This document shows, piece after piece, positions 38,536 to 48,200 of a stretch of DNA of 64,000 nt. The notes beneath the pieces are model-generated. The model saw only the letters and a list, made by a program, of their open reading frames with translations, was not told the DNA's origin and ran no database searches. The stretch spans positions 6,576 through 70,575 of the forward strand of contig CBHYLN010000005.1 in the NCBI GenBank assembly GCA_966128725.1, written 5' to 3'. A program made the translations under genes and the position numbers. Every line of letters starts with the position of its first letter. Within the stretch, counting starts at the first letter, position 1. This DNA is from an uncultured bacterium (GTDB lineage: Bacteria > Bacteroidota > Ignavibacteria > OLB7).

Positions 38536-39032
38536 CTTCGATTGATTCAGGGGTTGGACGATGCGGATTGCCGGGCCACTACGGGCACCGTACAGCAGGA
38601 AAGCGTCAAATATAGGGAACGCGGGCGTAGCGAACGCCGCATTGGCGGTAAACCAATGGCAACACCGCGCATCAACCGATCGCGCCACCGAAACGCAATC
38701 CCCCGCGCAGCGCACCCTGCCACCGGCGGGCCATCTCCGTTGCCGGCACCCGCAACACGCCGCCGGCCCTGCATGCGGCGCCTGGCCCGGCGAACCAAAC
38801 ATTTTATCGAAATCTACCCGCAATATTTTGTGCATTTACCAAAAATGGCGATGTTTAGCCCAACGCACCCACAACCAACGATCCATCACGTCGGCACGCC
38901 GCAACCACGGCTGTCACAGGCTCGCAGCGGGACAGGCCCATGGTACGGTAACGATGCAATGCACGAGAAAAACGCATTCGATCGTCATGGCGGCAGCACC
39001 GCGCGCATTTGTATATTGGGCGTCTTGAACCT

Positions 39033-39114
<82 letters not shown>

Positions 39115-39199
39115 CAATCATTGCCCGGTAGTCACGCGCGAAGGTGATTGCCATTGCATGCCGGCCCGGAAGTTCCGCACGGCATGCGCGCCGACATTC

Positions 39200-39240
39200 A
39201 AACGCCCGGCCGGTGTTGCCGCATGGGCGTTTGTTGTTGC
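39200..39240 (+). terminator. Hairpin + G/T-rich tail downstream of tRNA-Leu
   Basis: aaacgccc...gggcgttt stem followed by gttgttgc. Confidence 0.4.
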
Positions 39241-39355
39241 AGGGGCAGTGAAACGATCTGGCAATTCGTTGCCGCCGGCTGCACGCGCTACGGCGGCGCG
39301 CAGATCACACGTTGTTCTTTGTTGTTGTTTCAGAACGAGCATATCGCACAGCAGA

Positions 39356-40750
39356 ATGGAATCCACGATCCGTCAGACCAACTCAATCAAGTTTGAGCTC
39401 GATGTCGCGCTTACACCCGCCGAGCTCACCCCATATCTCGATTCGGCCTATCGCGAAGCGCAGAAGCATGCATCATTGAAGGGCTTCCGCAAGGGTAAGG
39501 TTCCGATCGGCATGATCAAGAAGCTCTACGGGCAATCGTTGGAGCGCGAAGCCTACGAGGAGGCCGTGCAGCAGGAATTCGCGCGTGCGATGCAGACTCA
39601 GGATGTACAGCCGGTTGGCTCGCCCGCGATCACCAAGCTGGACCGCACCGACGACGGCGGGCTTTCCTTCACCGTGGCCTACGAGACGCTGCCCAAGGTG
39701 GAGCTGACCGATTACAAGGGGCTGCCGGCCCGCAAGGTGTTCCATGTGATCACCGACGAAGAGTTCGAGGCCGAGATGGCGCGCATTCGCGAGTCGAACG
39801 CCACGCAGGAGGATGAGCCGGCCGAATCCGTTGCCGACGAGAACCACATCGTGAAGGTGAATCTCCAGAAGCTGGAGGCCGGCGTGGTGGTGGAGGAAAA
39901 CGTGATGAGCGACATGCCGGTATACCTTGCGCGGCACGACGTCAACCCCGAGCTGAAGGCGATGCTGCTGAACACGAAGGTTGGCGACACCTTCCGTATC
40001 GACCTGCCCACCGGCGAGGACGCCACGATGATCAACTACGAGGTGACCGTGCGCGAGATCCACCGCATGGCGCTGCCGGAGCTGGACGACGCGTTCGCCG
40101 CGCAGTTGATGGGCCGTGAGGACGCCACCGTCGCCGACCTGCAGGATGCCGTACGTCAGGGAATCATGGGCGAATACGAGCGCCGTTTCTCCGGGTTCTT
40201 CCGCGATGAACTGATCAACGCGCTTATCGAGCGCCACCCGTTCGATGTCCCCGATGTGTTCGTGGCCGAGGTCATGAAGTCCTTCGTGGACGACATGCGC
40301 CGCGGCCCGAAGAAGGAGTTGCCGAAGGATTTCGACGGCGAGCGCTTCGTTCGCGAAATGCGCCCCACCGCCGAACGCACGGCCAAGTGGGCGATCCTGC
40401 GCGACCTCATCATCGAGAAGGAAGGGCTGACGCCGGAAGAGAGCGATTACGAAGGCCTGGCCGATATCGAGGCGCAGCGCACCGGCATCGACTACGACAC
40501 GCTGATCGGGTACTTCAAGAAGTCCGACAAGATCCGCGATCGGATTGTGGCCGAGAAGGCCGTGCAGTTGCTTGAGGACTACGCCGTGGTCACCGAGGTC
40601 GAGGATCGCACCATGCCGCAGATGACCGCGCCGGACCATATCGGCCACGATCACTCGGATCACGATCACGCCGATCATGACCATGCCGACCACGATCACT
40701 CGGATCATGATCACGCCGATCACGATCACGCAGGCCACGACCACGCGTAA
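39356..40750 (+). CDS. tig: Trigger factor with a C-terminal His/Asp-repeat tail
   Basis: Start at MESTIRQTNSIKFELDV. The ribosome-binding signature 'GFRKGKVPIGMIKK' is present. The central PPIase-region is followed by the C-terminal arm domain, then the tail HIGHDHSDHDHADHDHADHDHSDHDHADHDHAGHDHA. Confidence 0.9.
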   Translation: MESTIRQTNSIKFELDVALTPAELTPYLDSAYREAQKHASLKGFRKGKVPIGMIKKLYGQSLEREAYEEAVQQEFARAMQTQDVQPVGSPAITKLDRTDDGGLSFTVAYETLPKVELTDYKGLPARKVFHVITDEEFEAEMARIRESNATQEDEPAESVADENHIVKVNLQKLEAGVVVEENVMSDMPVYLARHDVNPELKAMLLNTKVGDTFRIDLPTGEDATMINYEVTVREIHRMALPELDDAFAAQLMGREDATVADLQDAVRQGIMGEYERRFSGFFRDELINALIERHPFDVPDVFVAEVMKSFVDDMRRGPKKELPKDFDGERFVREMRPTAERTAKWAILRDLIIEKEGLTPEESDYEGLADIEAQRTGIDYDTLIGYFKKSDKIRDRIVAEKAVQLLEDYAVVTEVEDRTMPQMTAPDHIGHDHSDHDHADHDHADHDHSDHDHADHDHAGHDHA

Positions 40751-40762
40751 GATGCCAGCCTC

Positions 40763-40792
40763 GGGCGCCGGCACACCGATGTGCTGGCGCCC
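40763..40792 (+). terminator. Strong GC hairpin after tig
   Basis: gggcgccggcaca-ccga-tgtgctggcgccc (13 bp including one G-U). There is no clear U tract, so its function is uncertain. Confidence 0.4.
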
Positions 40793-40951
40793 GACAACTT
40801 TGCCCGGTTTTAATCGTCAACAGCTCGTAGACAACCGGAGCCCCCGAACTAACAGCGTTGATGCGCGGCGGCTGCTCCACACGGTTCCCTTTGCGGCCAC
40901 GCAATGCCCACGGTGGAACCGATTCACTACGATATCTATCACGGAACGCAC

Positions 40952-41632
40952 ATGATCATTCCACGTATCGTTGAACGGACCGCTCGCGGTGAGGAAGTCT
41001 GGGATCCGTTCAGCCGACTGCTGAAGGAGCGCATCCTGTTTCTGGACGCACCGATCACCGACGAGGTAGCAAGCATCGTTATCGCGTCGATGGTGTTTCT
41101 CGAATCGGAGGATCCGGCGAAGGACATCATCATGTATATCAACTCGCCCGGCGGCTCGGTAAGCGCCGGCATGGCGATCTACGATACAATGCAGTTCATC
41201 CGGCCGGACATCTCCACCATCTGTATCGGCATGGCCGCATCGATGGCACAGGTTCTGCTGTGCGCCGGGGCCAAGGGAAAGCGCATGGCGCTGCCCAACA
41301 GCCGCATCATGATGCACCAGCCGTCGGGCGGCTCGCAGGGGCAGACCACCGAGATCGAGATCTATCTTCGCGAGATGATCAGCCAGCGCGACCAGTTGTA
41401 CAACATCATTTCGGCCCACTCCGGCCAGCCGGTCGAAAAGATCCGCAAGGATGCCGACCGCGATTTCTGGATGTCGCCGAACGATGCGGTGGAATACGGC
41501 CTGATCGACCGCGTGCTTACCAGCCGCAAGGAAGTCAGCAAGAACCTGCCGCAGATGCCCACAACCGGGCTTGACCAGGCGGCCATTGTTGGCTCGGGCT
41601 CGGCTGAAACGGCAAACGTCGAGCAAAAGTAA
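40952..41632 (+). CDS. clpP: ATP-dependent Clp protease proteolytic subunit
   Basis: Start at [31 protein letters not shown]. 'GMAASMA' (Ser) and 'IMMHQP' (His) are present. A C-terminal extension of about 38 aa runs beyond the usual end. Confidence 0.9.
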   Translation: MIIPRIVERTARGEEVWDPFSRLLKERILFLDAPITDEVASIVIASMVFLESEDPAKDIIMYINSPGGSVSAGMAIYDTMQFIRPDISTICIGMAASMAQVLLCAGAKGKRMALPNSRIMMHQPSGGSQGQTTEIEIYLREMISQRDQLYNIISAHSGQPVEKIRKDADRDFWMSPNDAVEYGLIDRVLTSRKEVSKNLPQMPTTGLDQAAIVGSGSAETANVEQK

Positions 41633-41692
41633 CGGCCCGCAGGCGCCGCACACATCACAGCCCGGATACGCCGGGCTCCGTTATCGTTGTCA

Positions 41693-41737
41693 GCGGCCCC
41701 GCTTGCACGCTTGGTGCGGGCGGGGCCGCTTCTTCTG
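41693..41737 (+). terminator. Hairpin between clpP and clpX (terminator/attenuator candidate)
   Basis: gcggccccgc (41693-41702) pairs with gcggggccgc (41720-41729), followed by ttcttctg. Confidence 0.4.
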
Positions 41738-41778
41738 CCACACGCCCGTAACCGCGGGCAGTTCGCTATCTTCGCGTC

Positions 41779-43047
41779 ATGGCCAACGACATTCACACTC
41801 TGCCGTCCGATACGGTCCGCTGCTCGTTCTGCGGGCGCACATCCGACGAGGTCACCTCCATCATCGCCGGCCCGAACGTTTACATCTGCGACATCTGCAT
41901 CCAGAACTCCGTGGAGCTTCTCCGGCAGAACGCGCGCCTGTTCCGGCCAACACAGCCCGAACGTCGCCTTACGCCCAGCAGCATCCGAACGGCGCTGGAC
42001 GAATACGTGATCGGGCAGGAGTACGCCAAGAAGGTTCTGGCGGTGGCGGTATACAACCACTACAAGCGCATCGAGTCGCAGGAAACCCTTGCGGGCTTCG
42101 ATGACGTCGAGATCGAGAAGTCGAACATCCTGATGCTGGGCCCCACGGGCGTTGGCAAGACGCTGCTGGCCCAGACGCTTGCACGCCTGCTGGATGTGCC
42201 GTTCGCCATCGCCGACGCCACAACGCTTACCGAGGCCGGCTACGTGGGCGACGATGTGGAAACGATCCTTGTATCGCTGCTGCAGAACGCCGACTACAAC
42301 GTTGAGCGCGCCGAGCGCGGGATCATCTACATCGACGAGGTGGACAAGATCACCCGCAAGAGCGATTCCGCCTCGATCACCCGCGATGTCTCGGGCGAAG
42401 GCGTGCAGCAGGGCTTGTTGAAGATCCTGGAAGGCACGCGCGCCAACGTGCCGCCAAAGGGCGGCCGCAAGCATCCGGAACAGCCGTTGATCCAGATCAA
42501 CACGCGCAACATCCTGTTCATCTGCGGCGGCGCGTTCGAGGGTCTGGAGAAGATCATCGCGCATCGCATGCGCAAGACCTCGATGGGATTCGGCAGCGAG
42601 ATTCAGGATCGCGTGGAGGAGCGCGCCGAGCTGTTCCGTCATGTTGAGCCGGAGGACCTGATCCGCTTCGGGCTGATCCCCGAGCTGATCGGCCGCCTGC
42701 CGGTGATATCCCCGCTGGAACCGTTGTCCGACGAGGCCATGCGCGCCATCCTTACCGCGCCCAAGAATGCGCTTGTGAAGCAGTACCGCAAGCTGATGGC
42801 GATGGAAGGCGTGGAGCTGGAGTTTTCCGAGGATGCGGTGGTCGAGATTATCCGCCGCGCGAAGATCCGCAAAACCGGCGCGCGCGCACTGCGTGGCGTG
42901 ATGGAGGAAGCGATGCTGGAAGTGATGTACGCCCTGCCGGACCGGCCTGGCCTGAAGAAAGTGGTGATCAACGCCGACACCGTTCGCCGCGAAGGCGAGC
43001 CGGAATACGAATACGGCGACACCGAACGCAAGGTTGGGCACGGCTGA
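41779..43047 (+). CDS. clpX: ATP-dependent Clp protease ATPase subunit
   Basis: N-terminal zinc finger 'CSFCGR...YICDICI', Walker A '[11 protein letters not shown]' and '[10 protein letters not shown]'. Confidence 0.95.
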   Translation: MANDIHTLPSDTVRCSFCGRTSDEVTSIIAGPNVYICDICIQNSVELLRQNARLFRPTQPERRLTPSSIRTALDEYVIGQEYAKKVLAVAVYNHYKRIESQETLAGFDDVEIEKSNILMLGPTGVGKTLLAQTLARLLDVPFAIADATTLTEAGYVGDDVETILVSLLQNADYNVERAERGIIYIDEVDKITRKSDSASITRDVSGEGVQQGLLKILEGTRANVPPKGGRKHPEQPLIQINTRNILFICGGAFEGLEKIIAHRMRKTSMGFGSEIQDRVEERAELFRHVEPEDLIRFGLIPELIGRLPVISPLEPLSDEAMRAILTAPKNALVKQYRKLMAMEGVELEFSEDAVVEIIRRAKIRKTGARALRGVMEEAMLEVMYALPDRPGLKKVVINADTVRREGEPEYEYGDTERKVGHG

Positions 43048-43141
43048 GTTTCCGGATGTCGCGGGGAAGCTGTCCGAAGTGCCTCCGCGATCGCAGGAAA
43101 CGCATCACCGGCGAGATTGAACACGGACCGAACTCGAATTG

Positions 43142-43178
43142 AACACGGCAGGACGCAATTGATGTGCCCTGCCGTGTT
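43142..43178. terminator. Hairpin between convergent clpX and a small Cys-rich gene
   Basis: aacacggcagg / cctgccgtgtt, an 11-bp stem with a 15-nt loop. It is located between two convergent stops. Confidence 0.45.
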
Positions 43179-43198
43179 GCTGTATACAGCCGATACGA

Positions 43199-43615
43199 TC
43201 AGCCTCCCGGGCAGAAGCAATGCCCCGCGGCACCACGGCCCAGATTAAGCTGCAGGCAACCGAATTCGTTCACCCGCAGACATGCATCGATGCAGCATGG
43301 CGCCGGCCCCGGTATGTTATACAGGCATCCGCCCACCGGCACCTGTTGCCGCTGGCCACAGCCATCGATGATAACGATGTTGCCTCCGCTTGGGCACGAT
43401 ATCACCGTATCGGTGCCGGGCGCAACCAGCTTGCACTCGGTCCAGGCCACGCCGGACAAACACACCTGCACCGAGCACAGCAGATTGGAATCGGCATGGA
43501 TCTGCACCAGATGGCAGGCACAGTCGATCTGGGCATGGGCACGCTGCCCTCCCAGCAACAGCATAAGCACCATCATCGCCCCACACAGCGAAATCGCGCG
43601 TACATGATTGTTCAT
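43199..43615 (-). CDS. Small secreted cysteine-rich protein, unknown function
   Basis: ATG at 43615 is preceded by AAGGAGA. A signal-peptide-like '[29 protein letters not shown]' is followed by about 110 aa containing 14 Cys. Confidence 0.6.
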   Translation of the reverse strand: MNNHVRAISLCGAMMVLMLLLGGQRAHAQIDCACHLVQIHADSNLLCSVQVCLSGVAWTECKLVAPGTDTVISCPSGGNIVIIDGCGQRQQVPVGGCLYNIPGPAPCCIDACLRVNEFGCLQLNLGRGAAGHCFCPGG

Positions 43616-43755
43616 GACGTCTCCTTTGATTGATCGTGATTGTGGGGGATAGCGCTTCTGCGTCGACAGTCCCGGGAATATCGCACTCGGCACGCACGAT
43701 TCCCATCTCGGGCATCCCGGCTGGCGCATTTTCATGGCAATAGTAGTTTACCGTC

Positions 43756-44613
43756 ATGGCTATCACACGTAACCCGGATTCCAGCACATTCAACCCGGCA
43801 CCGGCCACCCCTGTACGCCAGGAGGTGGCGGCGCTTATCGCCCAGCGTCTGGAGACCGTCGAGCAACAGGAGAACGTGCGCATCATCCTTGCATGCGAAT
43901 CGGGCAGCCGCGCGTGGGGCTTCCCCTCGCAGGACAGCGACTACGATGTCCGGTTCATCTACGTTCATCCCAAGCAGTGGTATCTGTCCATCGATGCCAG
44001 CACAACACGCGACGTTATCGAACGGCCCATCGAGCAGGACATCGATCTTGCAGGCTGGGATCTGCCCAAGGCCCTGCGCTTGCTGCGTAAATCGAACCCG
44101 CCGCTGCTGGAGTGGCTTGCCTCGCCCATCGTGTATCGCTGCAACGAAACCCTCGCCGGGCCATTGCGTGCGCTGGCATTCCAGCATTTCCAGCCGGCCA
44201 CGCTCCGCCAGCACTACTTTCACATGGCCGAAGGCAATTACCGCGAGTACCTGCTTGGCGAGCTTGTGCCCGCAAAGAAATATTTCTACGTGCTCAGGGC
44301 GGCGATGGCCGCGTTGTGGGTGCTTCAGGATCGTGGCCCCGTGCCGATGGAATTCGATCACCTTGTTGCCGCCATCGTCACCGATGCCGCCGTGCTCGCC
44401 GAGATCCAGTCGCTGCTGGAGCGCAAACGCGCCGGCATTGAGCTGGCGCCACAACCGAGCATTCAAATCCTGAACGCCTTCATCGAGGATGCGTTCCAAC
44501 AGGTTCGGGCCGCACCGCTGCCGCCGCGCCCCACCGACGCGCAAGCCGAGGAGTTCACAAATACATTGAACGCATATTATCGTTCGGTGCTCGACGCCAA
44601 CGAATCACAATAG
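43756..44613 (+). CDS. Predicted nucleotidyltransferase (Pol-beta superfamily, PF10127/RlaP-like)
   Basis: 'ILACESGSRAWGFPSQDSDYDVRFIYV' (GS...DxD nucleotidyltransferase core) and 'KALRLLRKSNPPLLEWL'. Confidence 0.7.
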   Translation: MAITRNPDSSTFNPAPATPVRQEVAALIAQRLETVEQQENVRIILACESGSRAWGFPSQDSDYDVRFIYVHPKQWYLSIDASTTRDVIERPIEQDIDLAGWDLPKALRLLRKSNPPLLEWLASPIVYRCNETLAGPLRALAFQHFQPATLRQHYFHMAEGNYREYLLGELVPAKKYFYVLRAAMAALWVLQDRGPVPMEFDHLVAAIVTDAAVLAEIQSLLERKRAGIELAPQPSIQILNAFIEDAFQQVRAAPLPPRPTDAQAEEFTNTLNAYYRSVLDANESQ

Positions 44614-44734
44614 TCCTTCGCGGCATACGCGCAGGGCCGCGCGAAGGAAATATGCGCGCGAGTATCGATTTTCGGCCCTTGCTATTGCCCACGTCCGTGA
44701 GATGGGCGTATATTGACGCTGTTCTAAAAGTTTT

Positions 44735-44834
44735 GGGGTCAAGTCCTGTGCGACCGTGCCATACCCAACCCCGTCAGGTCCGGAAGGAAGCAGCGGTCCG
44801 TATAGGCAGGTGTGACACAGATCAGCTTGACCTC
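44735..44834 (+). ncRNA. ffs: Signal recognition particle RNA (small 4.5S type)
   Basis: Contains the conserved domain IV core 'gtcaggtccggaaggaagcagc'. The 5' ggtcaagt pairs with the 3' agcttgacc, followed by a T8 run. Boundaries are approximate. Confidence 0.8.
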
Positions 44835-45209
44835 TTTTTTTTGTCCATCCCAGTCCACTGTCCGTGGCACTCATCGGCAACGATGTGCCGACGATGCGCT
44901 AGCTAACGGGATTCACCGTGCGCGCGCCCAGAGCCCTTCACCGGCACCGGGTCGCATCGCGCCTAAACCCGTCGCGCGCCAGCGTCGCACCGCCGAGAGG
45001 AAGTTCGCAGCGATGCGTACCCGATCGTACTGCGGGCATCTGATGCCGTGTCCATTCGCAGGACATGCACCTGATGCCCCACAAGGAAAGTTTGTTCTCT
45101 CCTCGCCCGCTTCTCGATTGGCTACGTCCCAACCCTGGTTCTCTCCGCCGCGCATCTCCTCGAACGCCTTCGCTCGTGCCCGCCCGTCCACGGACCCACA
45201 GATCCGTAC

Positions 45210-48200
45210 ATGAAAAAAGATATCATCATCAACGCGACCTCCACGGAGATTCGTGTTGCCATTACCGAGGATGACCGCCTTGCGGAAATCTTCCTCGAAG
45301 TTCCGGACAAAGAGCGCCACGTCGGTTCTATTTATCTCGGTCGGGTCGAACGTGTGGTTCAGGGTATGAACGCCGCCTTCATCGATATCGGAGAACCCCA
45401 GGATGCCTTCCTGCATTTCTCCGACGTCGGCTCGGCGCTCGACGAGTTCAAGGATCTGCTGGACGACCGCGACGATGACGACGACGATGATGCCGATGAG
45501 CAGGACGATGCCGAAACCACTACGGCCGCCGCTTCAAGCACCGAGCGCGGAGGCCGAGGCTCGCAGAAGAGCCGCGGCGGAGCCGAGCGCAAGCACACCG
45601 ATACCACTTCCGATCAATCCGACCAGCCACAGGATACAGCACCCGAACGGCGTGACCGTGGGCGCGGGCGTGACCGCAAATCCGACCGCCGGGGCGGGCA
45701 CGACAACGATGCTCCGCGTGCCGAGCGCGCGCCGGGTAGCGACCTGGAAAGCCGAGCCGATGGCACCGAACGCGACGAACGCCCACGGGAGGACCGCCCC
45801 GAACGCGAGCGCGGCCGGGGTGATCGCCGCGATGGGCAGAGTCGCCGCGACGGGCAGGGCCGCGGAGGCGCTGATCGTGCATCCGACGGCGCACGATCCG
45901 ATGGCCGGCGCGATCAGCGCGCCGATGCCGCAGCGGGCTCGCGCCCGGTGGATGCCGATGCGGACATCGAGGATGTTGATCCCGTGGATGCCGACAATGC
46001 CACGGCCGAAGGCGATCACAACAGCGAAGAAGCTCACCGCAAGCGCCGCCGCAAGCGCGGCCGCCGCGGTGGCCGTGGCCGCAACCGGCGTGGGCGTGAC
46101 GAGGAAGGCGTAGCAGGCGATCGCGACACGACACGTGACGCCGCCGATGATCGAGACACGGACGATCGCGGCGACGATGACATGGATGACGACGATCGGG
46201 ATGCCGAGGCACAGCCCGCCGCGCACCGAGCCGAGGCCCCGCAGCGCGAACATCGCGGCGATCGCAACGATCGGGACAACCGTGGGCGCGGCGGCAATCG
46301 GAACGCGCCGCGCGTACAGGAGGCGCAGGCCGGGCACGACGCCGACGACGATGAACGCGACGACGACATGCCCGAGGGCGATGCTGGAACCGATAATGCC
46401 GGCGAGGGCGTCGACGCCGAAGGCCGTCCACGCCGCCGCAGGCGCCGTGGGCGCCGGGGCGGGCGCAACCGGCGCGAAAACAGCGATGGCGGAAATCGTG
46501 AGAACACCGCCGAGCAGCCGCGTGGCGAGCAAGCGCGTGGCGAGCAATCACGTGGTGAGAACATTCGTTCCGAGCGGACACCGGACCAACGTGGCAACGA
46601 CGCCGGCCGCGGCAACACCGCGCCACCCGATGACCGACGTGGCGAACGGCGCGGCGACGGCGATCGCCGCGATGATAACCGTCGCGGCAACGACCGGCGC
46701 CCGGATGACCGGCGCACCGACGAACGCCGTCCGGAGGGTCGCCCGGAGAGCCGTAGTACCAACGAGCGCCACGCCGACGATCGGGAAGGCCAGCGCCAGC
46801 ACGGCAACGAACGGAGCGCAGGCGGCGCACGGACCGAACAACCCAGAACCGAGCAGCCCCGAGCCGAACACCCGCGAGCCAATGATCGCGGGCACGGCGG
46901 ACGCCGGGACGAACGACGGGATGATACGCGAGGCACCGCGCCGGAAACCCCGGCAGCACCTCGTGCCGAGGCAGTGGCACCGAACGACGATGTAGCGGGC
47001 GCCGATCGTCCGGCAGGCGGCCGCAAGGCACGCCCGTCACGGCGCAAGCCGGCCGAGGACACACCATCGCTCTTCCCCGCCGACGAACCGCACCAGGCCG
47101 CCGAACCGGCCGCAACGCCACCCCCCAAGCCGAAGCGCGCCTCGACACGCAAGGCGCCGGCCGCCGCGAAGGACACTCCGCCTCCGGGCGAGACCCCGGC
47201 CAATCCAGCAGGCAAGCCCAGCCGGCGAGGCAAACCCGCCGGACGGCGCGGAGGTCGCGACGGGGATTCCGACGCACCGATCAAGGGCTCCACGGCCGAC
47301 GCGAAGCTCCCGACGTTTCAAACGAAGCGCTCGGGTGAGGTAACCATCGCGCTGGAGAAGGGCCAGGACGTGATCGTGCAGGTAACACGCGAATCGTACG
47401 CCTCGAAGGGTGTGCGTGTTACCACCAAGGTGAGCCTGCCCGGGCGATTCCTGGTGCTGCTGCCGCTGGACCCCGCGATCGGCATTTCGCGCAAGGTGCA
47501 GAACATGAAGGAGCGCCGCCGCCTGCGCCGCATCGCACGCGGCATCCTTCCGGAAGGGCATGGCTGCATCATCCGTACGGTTGCGCAGGACAAGGAAGAA
47601 GCCGTGATCCGCCAGGATCTGATGAAGCTCATCGAAAACTGGCGCGAGATCGAGCAGAAGCTGAAGGATACCAACGCCCCTTCCCTGCTGTACAAGGATC
47701 AGTCGATTGCCGCAACGGTGATGCGCGATCTGTTCACGCCCGACACAAACCGCGTGGTGATCGACAACAAGGCCCTGTATACCGAGATCCGCGACTACGT
47801 GGAGTGGGCCGCGCCCGGCCTTGCCGACAAGGTGGAGCTGTACACGGGAAGCCGTCCGATCTTCGACGAGTACGGCATGGAACGCGAGATGCAGAAGATC
47901 GCCGAGCGCCGCGTGTACATCCCGTCCGGCGGCTACATCATCCTGGACCAAACCGAGGCCATGATGGTGATCGACGTCAACTCCGGCCGATATGCGGGCA
48001 AGAAGGATCAGGAACTGAACTCGCTGCGAACCAACCTGGAGTCGGCACGCGAAATCGCCCGCCAGATTCGGCTTCGCGATATCGGCGGGTTGATCGTGAT
48101 CGACTTTATCGACCTGTACGACGAGAAGAACCGGAAGAAGGTCTACGACGAACTGAAGAAGGAAATGCGGCGCGACCGGGCCAAATCCGTGGTGCTGCCC

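Noticed and set aside
44700-44734. Sigma70 promoter for ffs (ttgacg at 44713-44718, taaaag at 44725-44730)
   Set aside because: The spacer would be only 6 nt, and no alternative -10/-35 pair with proper spacing was found. The promoter is left unannotated.
45403-47293. Multiple 200-585-aa ORFs in all frames over the rne low-complexity region (e.g. 45520..47277 -, 46034..47293 -, 46135..46995 +)
   Set aside because: They arise from GC-rich, stop-poor repetitive coding DNA. Only the rne frame connects the recognisable S1 and catalytic segments.
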